DNA of 64,000 nucleotides from Opitutales bacterium (GCA_965226885.1 CBDDEL010000014.1:224001-288000); one strand, 5' to 3'. Shown: positions 29,297 through 41,004, numbered from the stretch's first letter. Notes: generated by a model not told the origin, from the sequence alone. A program made the numbers and translations.

Positions 29297-31579
29297 TCAA
29301 CTCTTGGAACTGGATTTATGTGCGGCTATGACCTGCCTGAGCTGCTCGGCGTCTTTTATCCGGGGATTCAACTGAAGGGCTTTGTCCAGATGGATGATGC
29401 CGGAATCCGGTTCATCAAGTTCGTAAAAAAGGATCAGGCCGAGCAGCAAATGCCCTTTATCGAAGGATGGTTTTAAATCGATCGCTTTGCGGAAAGCACT
29501 GGCCGCTTCCTCGAATCGTTTCATTTCTCTGGCCTTGATCCCCAGATTGTATTGGTAGCTGAAGTTCTCAGGTTTCAGTTCCACGGCCATGCGAAATTCC
29601 TTCAGAGCCTCTTCATGCTTGCCCAGGGAAGATTTTACGCTGGCCAGCAAATCGTGCATTCTCTCCACATTGGGGTCGATTTCAATGCCTCTCTGGAGCG
29701 CTTTTTCTGCCTCCTGGTATTCTTTCAGCAACTGGTGGCTTCTCCCCAGGAGCATTAGGCCTTGGGCGTAATAGGGGTTGTGTTTCTGATAGGCGGCCAG
29801 CAAATCCCTCGCTTTTTTCACTTTTCCGAGTTTCAGATAGATCTGGCCCTTCATCTTCATAGTTTCACTGAGCAGCGGGTTGTAACGTTTTGCCATTTCA
29901 AGCTGGGCCAGCGCTTCCTTATACTTTTCCAACCTGATGGCCACATGCATAGAATGATAATGTTCATCCGATTTAATGACGCGGTATTGCGCCATCGACC
30001 AAAGGATCAATCCTGCCAGGGACAGAATGCAGCCCGCTCCGCTCCATCGGGTACCGGCCACGATCCAGGTATCTCCACGCTCCTGATTTTTAACCGCAAC
30101 CCCCTGGTTATGGTATGAGGTGAAGAATATGGCAAAGTAAACAGCCATCAATATCGGCGGTACAGCCCGGTAGAAGGGAAAGCTGAAATTCGCATTGAGC
30201 GCCATTCCGGCCAGGGCAATCAATGCCGCTGCGCCCAATTGGCGGTCATCCGGTGGACATTCTTTTCCCAGCAGCCTGCTCATTCTCTGAACAATAAGGA
30301 CGCAGGTCCAAATGAAAATTATGGCGAATGGCAACCCCAGTTCGGACAGCAATTGCAGGTGGTCGTTGTGTCCATGCACCGCTTGTTTAAGAATGAGGCT
30401 GTTGTTTCCTCTGGGCCGTTTGATGGAGGTTGTCGGGTAGTGGATTTTGAAATTATCCGCCCCGACTCCCAATAGTGGTTTTCTGGCAATCAGCTCAAGC
30501 GTGTTCTCATATAATATAAGGCGTGATTTGACGCTCATGGCGGAATAACCCCGCAGCTTTTGAAATTTCTCATTGGCCACGCGGGTTTCCGCATCCCACA
30601 TCCCAGCAATGTAATTATATGACTCCTCGCCGCGCCAGCGCACGCCCTCCGGTGTTAGGAAGGACATCGCTATGGTCAGGGCAATGGCGGCCCCTAATGC
30701 GGCCGCTTTCTGTTTACCAAAAACGGTTTCGGTTTTGAACCGAATCTTTTCGAAAACGAAAACGGAGATGAAAAGCAGGAACTCGAAAGAAACGCAAACC
30801 CATGCCGCTTTGGTGTGGGTGTAGAATATAAAGGTATTCAAACAGGCCAGGAAGAAGGCAAAGAGCCAGATCGTCCGTTTATTTTTAGCGCTCAGCAGCA
30901 GGTAAAGACCAGCCGGGAAGACCAGCACGAAAAAGTGTCCGGCCATATTTTTATTGGCAAAGGTAATGGCCGGACGAGCCGTTTGAGGAAACCAGTCCAC
31001 TCCGAGCAAATATTGAAAAAATCCCAAAAACGACAGCACCACGGCCGAGGACACGATCGCAATAAAAATAACACGCGCCTGTTGTCTGTTTTTAATGATT
31101 TGCGCGGTCAGGAAAAAGACCAGCCCGCAGGCCGCCCAATGCGTCCATTTGGACAGTCCGGAATAGGTGTTGAAGGACCAGGTTATGGACAACAACACCC
31201 ATAAAAGAAAGGCGGCCAACGGCAGGTAAAGCCGGCATTTGACAATGGTCAGGGTTTTGGAGCGAAACTGCTCGAACAGCCAAACCGTCAGCAGCAGCAG
31301 GGAACCCAACTGGATGAGCGCGGCCTTGGGCAGATAAGAGCTGGCGTAGATTTCCTTGAAGTTCGGGAACGGGGCCAGAAAAACCAAAATCACCAGGATG
31401 TGAAAACTGGTAAAATAAGCAGTTTTTTTTGTTTTCAGTCTTAGCTTTGAGTTGGAAAATTTTTCAATCTCCAGCTGCACTTTGGCCAACGGCAGGCGCA
31501 GTTTTTTGGCCATGTCCTCGGGCGATTGCTTGCCTACAAAGCGGTGGATGTATTTCAGTTTTTTATTGGAAATACTCAT
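29297..31579 (-). CDS. HTH-like/O-antigen ligase/TPR membrane protein, paralog 3
   Basis: Start at MSISNKKLKY. ITFANKN, TKAAW, GVGADNF, GHNDHLQLLSELG, FSFP, TPRs. Confidence 0.85.
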   Translation of the reverse strand: MSISNKKLKYIHRFVGKQSPEDMAKKLRLPLAKVQLEIEKFSNSKLRLKTKKTAYFTSFHILVILVFLAPFPNFKEIYASSYLPKAALIQLGSLLLLTVWLFEQFRSKTLTIVKCRLYLPLAAFLLWVLLSITWSFNTYSGLSKWTHWAACGLVFFLTAQIIKNRQQARVIFIAIVSSAVVLSFLGFFQYLLGVDWFPQTARPAITFANKNMAGHFFVLVFPAGLYLLLSAKNKRTIWLFAFFLACLNTFIFYTHTKAAWVCVSFEFLLFISVFVFEKIRFKTETVFGKQKAAALGAAIALTIAMSFLTPEGVRWRGEESYNYIAGMWDAETRVANEKFQKLRGYSAMSVKSRLILYENTLELIARKPLLGVGADNFKIHYPTTSIKRPRGNNSLILKQAVHGHNDHLQLLSELGLPFAIIFIWTCVLIVQRMSRLLGKECPPDDRQLGAAALIALAGMALNANFSFPFYRAVPPILMAVYFAIFFTSYHNQGVAVKNQERGDTWIVAGTRWSGAGCILSLAGLILWSMAQYRVIKSDEHYHSMHVAIRLEKYKEALAQLEMAKRYNPLLSETMKMKGQIYLKLGKVKKARDLLAAYQKHNPYYAQGLMLLGRSHQLLKEYQEAEKALQRGIEIDPNVERMHDLLASVKSSLGKHEEALKEFRMAVELKPENFSYQYNLGIKAREMKRFEEAASAFRKAIDLKPSFDKGHLLLGLILFYELDEPDSGIIHLDKALQLNPRIKDAEQLRQVIAAHKSSSKS

Positions 31580-32009
31580 TTTAAAAACTGTTCCCAAAAG
31601 CGGTGCAAGTCACAACCCAAAAAGGGCAGGGCAGTTTTGTAATAAATAAGGTAACCTGATTCAATGTTCCGTCCTCTCGATTTGTTTCAGAAGATTTCGC
31701 AACGATTGCGCCTCCTTGCCAACAGGTTTTAGTTCAATGGCCTTTTTCAGGTGAGCGATCCCCTCCTTGGGTTGATCCAGGTGCTGAATGAGGGTCAATC
31801 CCAGGTATTTTCGGGCCGGAAAGTAATCTCCTTTTAAAGAAACGGATGTTTGCAGCGCAACGGCAGCTTCCTCGTAGCGCCCCAATAAAAATGCGGTTAC
31901 TCCCTGGTTGTAATGATAATTGCTTTTCCTGGGAACCAGCCGTGCGGCCAGTCGAAATTCTTCCAGTGCCTTTTTCGATTGGTTCAACCCGGTGTAAGCC
32001 CAGCCCATC

Positions 32010-33334
32010 TGACGTGTACTGGATTTGTTGGACACGGGATTCTCTTATATTCATTGTTTATTGATTAGTGTGTCAGGCGGCTTGTTTTGGTAAAGGGTTT
32101 TGTTTTCTCGTTGCCCCCCATGGGGGGCAAATATTCTCCTCGAATTGGACTGGGCTTTGGTAACTCAGAGAGGAATGTTTGCGATATCGGTTGTAGAAGA
32201 TTTCCACGTATTCGAAGACAGTTGATCGCAGTTCGCGCTCGTCGGCAAAGTGGCGGCCTCGAATCGTGCTGGTCTTGAAGCGGCCGTAGAACGATTCCAT
32301 GGCCGCGTTGTCGTAGCAGTTGCCTTGGGCGCTCATGCTCGGCTTCATGCCTAGTTCAGAGACCAGCCTCTGATAGTCGTCGCTGGCGTAGGGGCTGCCC
32401 CGATCGCTGTGATGAATAATCCCGGTGCGCAGTGTGCCGCGGGTCATGGCCGCGGCTTTGAGGGCCTTGCCAACCAGCTTCGCGTCGTTGTGGTTGGAAA
32501 CGCTCCAGCCCAGCAGGCGTCGGCTGAACAGGTCCATCACCGTGGCCAAGTACATCCAACCGGCCAGGGTCCGTAGGTAGGTCGTGTCCGCCACCCAGAC
32601 CTCGTCGATATGGGTCGGCTGGCCATGCTTTTTAAGCACATTGGGGCTGTAACCATAGGGATGGTTACTGTTGGTTTTTAATGGCTTAAAGCGTTTACTC
32701 TGGGTGCTTTTGATTCCCATTTCACGCATCAGACGCAGAGCCCGGTCACGGCCGCAATCGATGCCCTCATCATCCTTCAGATGGCGGTGCATTGGCCGAT
32801 GCCCATAGCGGCCCTTGGCCTCTTTGTGTACCTTCAGGATCGCCCCCTTGATTCCCTCGTCCTCGATCCGCCGGGCCGAGGGCGCTCGGTGCCTCCAGCA
32901 GTAATAGCCACTGCGACAAATCCCCATCGCCGAGCATATTTCCTCGATCTTGAAGCGCCCCTCGTTGTCTTTGACAAACTGGTACTTCATTGTTCGTCCT
33001 TGGCAAAGTAGCCCACCGTTTTTTTTAGTATCTGGTTGATCCGCTCCGAGCGGCGCAGCTCTTTGCGAAGACGATCTATCTCGGCCGCCATCTCCTTCGG
33101 ACTGCTCTGTCGCTTTGAGGTGGCTTCGCCCTGCTGATCGTCCAGATAGAGCCTCTTCCACCTATACAATTGGTTGGTGTTGACCCCAGGTTTGGTCGAT
33201 ACCTCGGTGGCGCTCAGACCATCGAGTATCATCAGTTGAACTGCCTCATTTTTGAACTCTATACTGCGTCTTCTTCCCATGCTTCGATTCTCCATTTAGG
33301 AGAATCTCGTGTCCACTTTTTCCAGTGCACATCA
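32010..33334 (-). mobile_element. IS3-family element (type 2), copy 1; orfA 32987-33295, orfB ending at 32073
   Basis: TGA.GTG.ACTGGA IRs, 3-bp TSD ATC, A8C slippery site, WVADTTY / HSDRG / DNAAMES DDE motifs. Confidence 0.93.
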
Positions 33335-34202
33335 ATCAAGTCCCGTAATTTGCCATCGGTGGGGAGTATTTTTATAGCTGTTTCCACCAATGGTTTTGCC
33401 TTCGCATATTCATTCAACTCTTTGTAACAAAGGGCCAGGTAATAAAGGCCAGGTAATAAAGGTTGTAGGTGGCATACGGATAAACTTTATGAAATTCCTC
33501 CATATAATCAATAGCTCTTCTTCGTTTATTTATTTCAGCCAAAGCGCGACCCTGGAGATGTTGGACATCCTTTCGAAACGGATTGAATTTTTCCACCTTG
33601 TTTCCCCAATAAATGGATTCCTTAAGATATCCATCCCGTAGTGCTAGGCCTTGTATTTCGAAGCTACTCTCTGCTCGAAAAAAACGGTATTGCCAATAAA
33701 GCCAAGTGACTAAAAATCCAATCGTTAGTGTGATCCCGATAAGGACGAATTTTTTGTGTGTGATAGTCCAAAATTTTTCGTTGCTCTCAGGATCGATAAG
33801 CCGAAATACAGTAGCTCCGTAAATAGATAGAATAAATGGAGGCAATGCTACGTACATCGGAAAACTAAATACCGAATTTATAGAAAGCCCCAGGACTGCG
33901 GCCAGGCATGCAAAAGCCGTATCGCGATTTTCATCTGATAAATTACTTCTGAATAATCTCTGAACCATTCTCACCAGGATTGCCATTGTCCAAAGAATCG
34001 CAAGAAGCCCCGGCATCCCCAATTCCGCAACTATTTGGAGGTAATCGTTATGAGCTTTGGGCTGGACGAAGTTTAGACTTACTTCCTTATCCCTTTTACC
34101 AGTGAAGGCGCTGGTGGGATAGTGGACCACAAAATTATCTAATCCGACACCTATTAAAATATTGTTTTTAATGATTTCCAACGAGTTTCGGTAAAGTCTT
34201 AG

Positions 34203-35769
34203 CCCGGATATTTCGTAAAAAAAGTATCGTTGATATGCTTAACTGCTGATATACAGCAGGATAGATCAATAATTAAAGCAATATCAGCGATGACAAAAGG
34301 TAAACAATTAAAGCTACAGTTGACAAGGGTAAAAGGACGCCGTGTGCGGGTTGATTTCAAGGGCGGAGAGGTTACTTCGGATGCCGGACTGCTTTTGATC
34401 CGGGAAGTGGATCGGCAGTTGGGCTTGACCGAACGAGCGGCCCGACAGTTAGTGGACAAACGGCAGAAGGGCAAAGTACGCCATGAGGTATTGGGGATGC
34501 TGCGGCAGCGCGTTTACGGGCTGGTGGCGGGCTATGAGGATTTGAACGACTTTGATACCCTGCGCCACGATCCATTGTTGCAAACGGTAACGGGGCGCAT
34601 TGAAACGTTGGCCAGCGCGCCGACTTTGTGTCGTTTTGAAAACGGGCAGGATCGGCGGGCGGCCTTTGCGGTAAACGAGCTGTTGGTCGAACAGTTCATG
34701 GGCTCCTTTGCCGAGGAACCCGAAGAGATCATCCTGGACTTTGACGCCACCGACAATCCGGTGCACGGGCTCCAGGAGGGACGTTTTTTCCACGGTTATT
34801 ATGATCATTACTGTTTTCTGCCGCTATATGTTTTTTGCGGTGATCAGCTGCTGGTGGCCTACCTGCGGCCGAGCAAGATCGATGCCAGCAAGCATGCCGG
34901 GGCCATCCTCAAATTGCTGGTTAAACGGATTCGCCAAAGCTGGCCCCGTACGCGGATTATTTGGCGCGCCGACAGTGGATTTTGTCGAGACCGGATACTC
35001 TCTTGGTGCGACCGCAACGAAGTTAGTTACATCGTGGGGATGGCTCGCAATGCACGCTTGCAGCAAGACGCCCAGCAGTTGCAAAAGCAGGCCAAAGAAT
35101 GGTTCGAACTAAGGGGTAAAAAACAACGGTTATTCCAGGACTTCGTCTATGCTGCCGATTCGTGGCGATGGCTGCGGTTGGTCATCCATAAAGCCGAACA
35201 CACCGCACAGGGGTCCAACCCGCGCTTCGTGGTGACGAACCTGCCGGGCGATCCCCAGGAGCTTTACGACAAGGTATACTGTGGCCGCGGTGAAATGGAG
35301 AACCGAATCAAGGAACAGATGCAATTGTTCAGCGAGCGCACCAGCGCCCATCAATGGTGGGCCAATCAGTGGCGATTGCTCTTGTCGGCGCTGGCCTACA
35401 CCTTGATGGAAGCCATGCGCCGGTTAGCCTTAAAAGGGACGAAGTGGGCGCGGGCCCAATGCCACACCCTGCGGCTCAAATTAATCAAGATCGGAGCGGT
35501 CATCGTGCGCAACACCCGAACGATTCACTTTCACCTAAGTGAGAGTTATCCTTGGGCCAGTCTTTTCAACCATGCGGCCCGCCGATTGGTGCCAACCTAA
35601 AGGGTGCATTGGTGCTGCCCCCGGCACTACCGAACCAATGGGGGAAAGGGGGCAGTGTCTCTACACCCTGAAAAACACCTAAAAATCAAGACGATCTGCT
35701 CAAAATACAAAGAAATCCATCTCCAATAGCAATAACGAGCCAAACTTTACCCTTCATGAAATATCCGGG
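34203..35769 (+). mobile_element. IS1380-family element, copy 2 (intact)
   Basis: CCCGGATATTTC IRs, TSD TTAG. Confidence 0.95.
34290..35600 (+). CDS. IS1380 transposase
   Basis: TSDAGLLL, GYEDLND, LDFDATD, RADSGF, Y..RGEMENRIKE. ATG at 34290 preferred over the upstream TTG. Confidence 0.93.
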   Translation: MTKGKQLKLQLTRVKGRRVRVDFKGGEVTSDAGLLLIREVDRQLGLTERAARQLVDKRQKGKVRHEVLGMLRQRVYGLVAGYEDLNDFDTLRHDPLLQTVTGRIETLASAPTLCRFENGQDRRAAFAVNELLVEQFMGSFAEEPEEIILDFDATDNPVHGLQEGRFFHGYYDHYCFLPLYVFCGDQLLVAYLRPSKIDASKHAGAILKLLVKRIRQSWPRTRIIWRADSGFCRDRILSWCDRNEVSYIVGMARNARLQQDAQQLQKQAKEWFELRGKKQRLFQDFVYAADSWRWLRLVIHKAEHTAQGSNPRFVVTNLPGDPQELYDKVYCGRGEMENRIKEQMQLFSERTSAHQWWANQWRLLLSALAYTLMEAMRRLALKGTKWARAQCHTLRLKLIKIGAVIVRNTRTIHFHLSESYPWASLFNHAARRLVPT

Positions 35770-35776
35770 TTAGTTA

Positions 35777-37595
35777 GAGGCTGTCCCAAAAGGGTGATTT
35801 TTGCGAGGGCTTTTGATAGGCGCTCATTTTAGAGGTATTTGCATTTGGGAGAGTATCAACTTTGCTCTCCTATGACGTTAGGATACTGGTTTTGGGGTCC
35901 GGTTGCCTGGTTTTCTTTGTATGAGCCGACAGTACGGCTGTGAAAAAGTATTGTCCTTGCTTTTCCGCTCTCTCTAGGCCGCCGCTTTGGTTTTTAGTTC
36001 GTCTTGCTGGGCCAGCATCTTGGCTACTTTCCATAGGTTGTGCGAGAGTACCGACCAGGCTACGCTGATCGAGCGGTTGGCAAAGCCTTTGCTGCGCAAC
36101 CGCCCGGCCTGCCAGCGATTCTTCAATACCCCGATCCGCCCTTCGGTGCTGGCCCGGCGCTTTTGCAATTGTCTGAACAGTGGTTCCTCCCTCCGTTTTT
36201 TCAACTGCTTCGGATCGCGTGGACAGAGCGCGTCGTAGATTCCCTCCTGGGCTAACTGCCGGCGGGCCCGCTGGGAGGCAAATCCCCGGTCCGCGCACAT
36301 GGCCGCTATGGGTTCTTCCAGGTTGAAGCGGTTCTGTCTTTGCAAACTCTCTAGCATTTGTTCATTTTCGCTTGGAGTTCGGCTGCCGTAGAGTTTCCAG
36401 TCCAGCAGGTACCCTTCAACGCTTTCTCCCAAAAACAGGGTGTTGCCGAACTCGACCTCTTGGCCCGCTTTACCTCGCACAATCACCTGCCCATCGAGTT
36501 CGTAAACACTCAAGACTTTCTCTGCGTTTTTCACCTGCCGGCCGCCAATGATCCGCTCGTGCGCCTGTTTGATGACCACCGGGATTTGCTCGCTCATGCG
36601 CTCCATCCGGGCGAGGATCTGTTGGACCTGTTTTTCGCTGTAATCGCTTTGCTCCCAGCAGGCTTGCAATAATTCCCGGTGACTGCGGGCATGCTCCCCG
36701 ATCCGTTTGAGCAGCTTTTTCATCTGCCTCAAGATACCCTTGCGCTGCCGCGCGCTGTCCTTTCGCCGCCGGCTGTGGGTCATCTGTATGCACAGCCGAT
36801 TCATCTGCCGAGCCAAGGGCTCCGGTTCGATCGGCATGCGATGGCGCAAACCGGCCTTCTCGCGGATCAGCCGGATCGCTTTGAGCAACGTGCCGGCTAC
36901 ATCCTTGAGTAATACCCAGTCCGTCGGCCAATGAATGTTAGCCTCCAAACAGGTGCCGTCGATCAGGCAAATGGTGGTGTCAATCGGCTTGTCCAATCCC
37001 ACCTGCCGGGCCAGAAGGGCATCGGCCACCACCTCAGTCAAGGTCCGGTGCAAGGCCCTCAACTGCTCTTCGCTGAAAAACTTCGAGGCCCGCTCCAGGG
37101 TGCTTTTGGAGATGCCCCTGATGCCATCGATCTGCCGGACACGGCAAAAGTCGGCCAACAGATCGCTGCTGCCCAGAGCCCGCGACAAATGCCGAAACGA
37201 AATCCCTCCGAGCAGACGGCCCAGCGTATCCATGCGCAGTGCCTTGATGGCAAAACTGGCCCGCTGCCGCCGGGCCTTTAGACCCATTGGCGGCCACCCC
37301 TCCAAGGCCAGCTCAATGGCCTGCGATTCCACCTCCGAGTCGATCAGCAGCCGATCGATTCGATCAATGGTGGCGCGGAAGTTATCGTAATCGAGGCACC
37401 GGTCGACCACAGTTAAAGCTGGACGCAGGAGGCATTGGATGGCTATATTTTTCATAGAAAGGGCTATATTGATTTTCGCTAACTCAATTATAGAACCCTT
37501 TTTTGGCCGGATCGAGCAAAAACTTGCTCTTTCCGGCTCTTTTTATCAACGTCATCCAGTTGACTATAAAATCTTTATATTTTTGGGACAGCCTC
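35777..37595 (-). mobile_element. IS5/ISNCY-like element, copy 2 (transposase 35974-37455); flanks not duplicated
   Basis: Same IRs and near-identical 493-aa ORF as copy 1. Left flank TAGTTA, right flank CAACCT. Confidence 0.9.
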
Positions 37596-37772
37596 CAACC
37601 TAAAGGGTGCATTGGTGCTGCCCCCGGCACTACCGAACCAATGGGGGAAAGGGGGCAGTGTCTCTACACCCTGAAAAACACCTAAAAATCAAGACGATCT
37701 GCTCAAAATACAAAGAAATCCATCTCCAATAGCAATAACGAGCCAAACTTTACCCTTCATGAAATATCCGGG
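37596..37772 (+). mobile_element. IS1380 right-end remnant
   Basis: Matches the last ~177 bp of IS1380 from CAACCTAA to the IR, followed by TTAG. Confidence 0.9.
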
Positions 37773-38552
37773 TTAGCCATAAGAAAAAACACAAACCCCA
37801 AGGGAAAACCTAAAACAACATATTGGGATGCGTGATTTCGATTAACAAAAGTGGCCGCGGGAGGAGCAGTTTGACGCACCCAATCTAGTTCGAAATAATA
37901 TTGCGTGAGCCCGAAAAGGGACACCAATGTTGTGGAAATAAAAAATGAGAACAAAATCCTTCTCAAGCTGAGGTTATCAGCCGGAAGATTCAAAATAGTA
38001 ATGAAAATCAGCCCGCATGCGGCCCAGTGCGCCCACTGTGTGAATGCGTTATAACCGTCGTTAGCCCAAAAGACTGAGAGAAGGGACCAAACAATAATAA
38101 TAGCCAGTGGCAGATAAAGAGGGCACTTTCGAATTTCAACCTTACGGGAATTATACAACGCTCGCAACCAAACCCCAAAAATCATCAGGGAACCGATCTG
38201 CACAAAGGTTTTTTTTGGCATGTCCGATAAATCAGTGAATGAAGGGACTACTATAAACGGAGCCAGGAGAACCATTCCACATAGAGTCCAGACAAGGAAT
38301 CCAGTGGATGTGTTCTTCGAAGATAGATTTTTCTTATGGTGGATTTTCTCCAATTCCGCTAAAACTTCTTCTAACGGAATTTTAAGAACATTTGCGATTT
38401 CATCCGGATCCTTCCGATTTGACTGCCTGTGGATGTATTTGCGTTTTTTGTTGGAAAGGCTCATGCTCGAATTCGTTCTGGTTTGTCGAAATGATTGCCA
38501 GTTCAAGTAAAGTCGAAATGTTTTCGGGTAAAAGTAGTTTTTCGATTCAAGG

Positions 38553-40820
38553 TTACGGCTGGTCGAACTTTTCCAGAAGTTTCCTCAATATTTTCGCATC
38601 TTTGCCGGTGGGCTTGAGAGCCAGGGCCTCTTTGAGGTGGATGAGCCCTTCTTCCTGTCGGCCCAGATGCTCAACCAGGGTCAACCCCAAAAATTTGCGG
38701 GCTAAATAGTAATCGCCTTTTAATTCCACCGATTTTCCCAAGGCCTCCGCGGCTTCCGCATATTTACCCATTAAGAATGCCGTTACCCCCTGGTTATAGT
38801 GATAATTACTTTTTTTAGGTATCATTTTTGCCGCTAGGCGAAATTCCTTGAGGCTTTTCTCCGGCTGGTTGAGGCTGCTGTAGACCCAGCCCATGAGGTC
38901 GCGCAGTCTGCCTTCGTGGGGCAGGATTTCGATGGCTCTTTCCACCAACGGTTTGGCCTTCTCGAATTGATTGAGTTCCTTATAACAAAGCGCCATGTAA
39001 TAAAGATTGTAAGTGGCGTAGGGATAGGATTCATGAAATCGCTTAAAATGCTCTATGGCTCTCTTGCGGTCTTCCATATTTAGCAGTGCCCGGGCCAGAT
39101 AATTGTCTACATCTTTGCGCCATGGGTTCATCTCATGAGCCTTTAATCCCCAATGGACGGACTCTTTATAGTACCTGTCGCGAAGGCCGATGCTTTGCAG
39201 GTTGTAATAAAATTCTGAACGCAAAATACGATATTGCCAATAGGTCCCCACGGCCAAAATTACGGTCACCAGGATGACGCCCGCAAAGGCGATTTTACCG
39301 TTGGAAAATACCCACTTGGGCTTTTCCCCAACTTCCCTTTTATCGGTCACGAGGAAAAAAATCGCGGTATAAATCCCCAGCAGAAACGGAGGCATGGCCA
39401 GGTAGAGGGGAAAACTGACGACCGCGTTGACAGATAATCCTAGGATACTGATCAGGCAAGCGCAGCCCGTATCCCGCTTTTCCTGAGAAAGCCGTTTGCC
39501 AATAAAAACCGGTAGTCTGCCGGCCAAGGCAACTAGAAAACACAGGATGGCCGCTACGGCTGGCATGCCCAATTCCGAGGTTATTTGCAGGTAATCATTG
39601 TGTGTGTTGGCCTGTTGTTTATTCAGCGAGATTTCCTTGTCCGGCCATCCGGTGAGAGTGCTTTTCGGGTAATAGACCACGAAATTATTCAGCCCCACGC
39701 CTTTCCATGGATTTCCCTTGATGATTTCCAAAGCATTCCGGTAGAGGGTTTTGCGGGTTGAAACACTGTTCAGTTTTTGGCTCTTTTTTGGAAATTCATC
39801 TTCAGTGGAATGATCCTCTTTGGCATCGCTTTCCACTAAACTGGATAACCGGTCGAAAGCTCTTTGGCCTCGCCAACTCAAACCCTTTTCGGATAGGCTG
39901 GCCAATAGCAGAAACACCAAAATGGCGGCCCCTACAGATGCCAGTTTTTGCCCGCCGTAAAATAACGTAGAATTGAGTCGGAATTGGCGATAGCCCAGAT
40001 AAACCAGGAAAAGAAATGTCTGGCCGCTGACGGTAAGCCACCCCGCTCGTGTGAAGGTATGAAACAAGTAGGAGCCTATAAATGCCAGGGACACGGCGAT
40101 GGCCCAGATCAAGACTCTCCTCCTGGCCATCAGTAATAATATCAATCCCAGAGGGAAAGTTAATACGACATATTGGGAAGCGGCATTTCGATTGGCGAAT
40201 GTGGATGATGGCGGAGCAATTTGTCGAACCCATTCGACCCCGAAGATTTCCTGGGCCAGGCCGAGGAGGGAAATCAGGGTGGCGGTGATGAAGATGAATC
40301 CTAAAATGAGGTTTTGCTTGCGGGTGTCGTTGAGGATCTGAATGGCTACGAAAAATACTAGTCCGCAGGCCGCCCAGTGAATCCAGATTATAAACGCCCT
40401 AAAATGGTCGCTGGCCCAACTGTTGGAGATAAGAGCCCAAAGGAGGAAAAAACCTAATGGTAGATACAAAAAGCATTTGCGAATCTCACCAACCGGCGAT
40501 CGGGAAAGGTTGTGCACCCAAAACCCGAATAAAATCAAGGAACCCAGTTGGATGAATGCTTTTTTGGGAGCATCGGAGAAATTGTATAATTCTTGCAGGA
40601 CCACGAATGGAGCCAAAAAGATAATTCCGGCCAGAATCCAGACCAAATATTTATCCGAATTATGAGGAACTGCAGCGCCTCCATCGGTTTTGCCCGAAAG
40701 CGAATCCAGATGGGCCATGATCTCCTTTAGAGGCACATTCAGATCGCGCGCAAATTCAGCCGGACTCTTGCGCCCGGCGTGCCGTTGCAGGTATTTTAGC
40801 TTCTTTTTGGAAAGCGCCAT
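38553..40820 (-). CDS. HTH-like/O-antigen ligase/TPR membrane protein, paralog 5
   Basis: MALSKKKLKY, STFANRN, TRAGW, GVGLNNF, THNDYLQITSELG, TPRs. Closest relative of paralog 4. Confidence 0.85.
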   Translation of the reverse strand: MALSKKKLKYLQRHAGRKSPAEFARDLNVPLKEIMAHLDSLSGKTDGGAAVPHNSDKYLVWILAGIIFLAPFVVLQELYNFSDAPKKAFIQLGSLILFGFWVHNLSRSPVGEIRKCFLYLPLGFFLLWALISNSWASDHFRAFIIWIHWAACGLVFFVAIQILNDTRKQNLILGFIFITATLISLLGLAQEIFGVEWVRQIAPPSSTFANRNAASQYVVLTFPLGLILLLMARRRVLIWAIAVSLAFIGSYLFHTFTRAGWLTVSGQTFLFLVYLGYRQFRLNSTLFYGGQKLASVGAAILVFLLLASLSEKGLSWRGQRAFDRLSSLVESDAKEDHSTEDEFPKKSQKLNSVSTRKTLYRNALEIIKGNPWKGVGLNNFVVYYPKSTLTGWPDKEISLNKQQANTHNDYLQITSELGMPAVAAILCFLVALAGRLPVFIGKRLSQEKRDTGCACLISILGLSVNAVVSFPLYLAMPPFLLGIYTAIFFLVTDKREVGEKPKWVFSNGKIAFAGVILVTVILAVGTYWQYRILRSEFYYNLQSIGLRDRYYKESVHWGLKAHEMNPWRKDVDNYLARALLNMEDRKRAIEHFKRFHESYPYATYNLYYMALCYKELNQFEKAKPLVERAIEILPHEGRLRDLMGWVYSSLNQPEKSLKEFRLAAKMIPKKSNYHYNQGVTAFLMGKYAEAAEALGKSVELKGDYYLARKFLGLTLVEHLGRQEEGLIHLKEALALKPTGKDAKILRKLLEKFDQP

Positions 40821-41004
40821 GGTTTGTTTTCCACCCGATCCGGTAAATTATCAATCGAAACTCTTCTGCCCAATAATGGATTTCATGATCGTGATTTGGT
40901 AGTGTTAACATGACGAATGTTTGATATTGCTGTTGTATTCCCAGATGAACAAGCACAGGACGCGAAAATGCATGACCAAAGACTTCGAGAATGACAGCGT
41001 TTTA

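Larger units (their letters stand above)
31661..38464 (-). pseudogene. HTH-like/O-antigen ligase/TPR protein, paralog 4 (disrupted)
   Basis: Fragments 38464-37773, 34202-33335 and 32009-31661, separated by IS1380/IS5-like and IS3. About 125 codons missing versus paralog 5. 14-bp duplication frameshift at 33433-33460. Confidence 0.85.

Noticed and set aside
35601..35669. HDV-like ribozyme
   Set aside because: The stem order is superficially similar, but there is no P4, no catalytic C in the joining strand and no L3 consensus.
40860..40915. Hybrid promoter from the IS1B end driving paralog 5
   Set aside because: TTAACA could be a -35, but the correctly spaced -10 (TGAAAT) is weak; not supportable.
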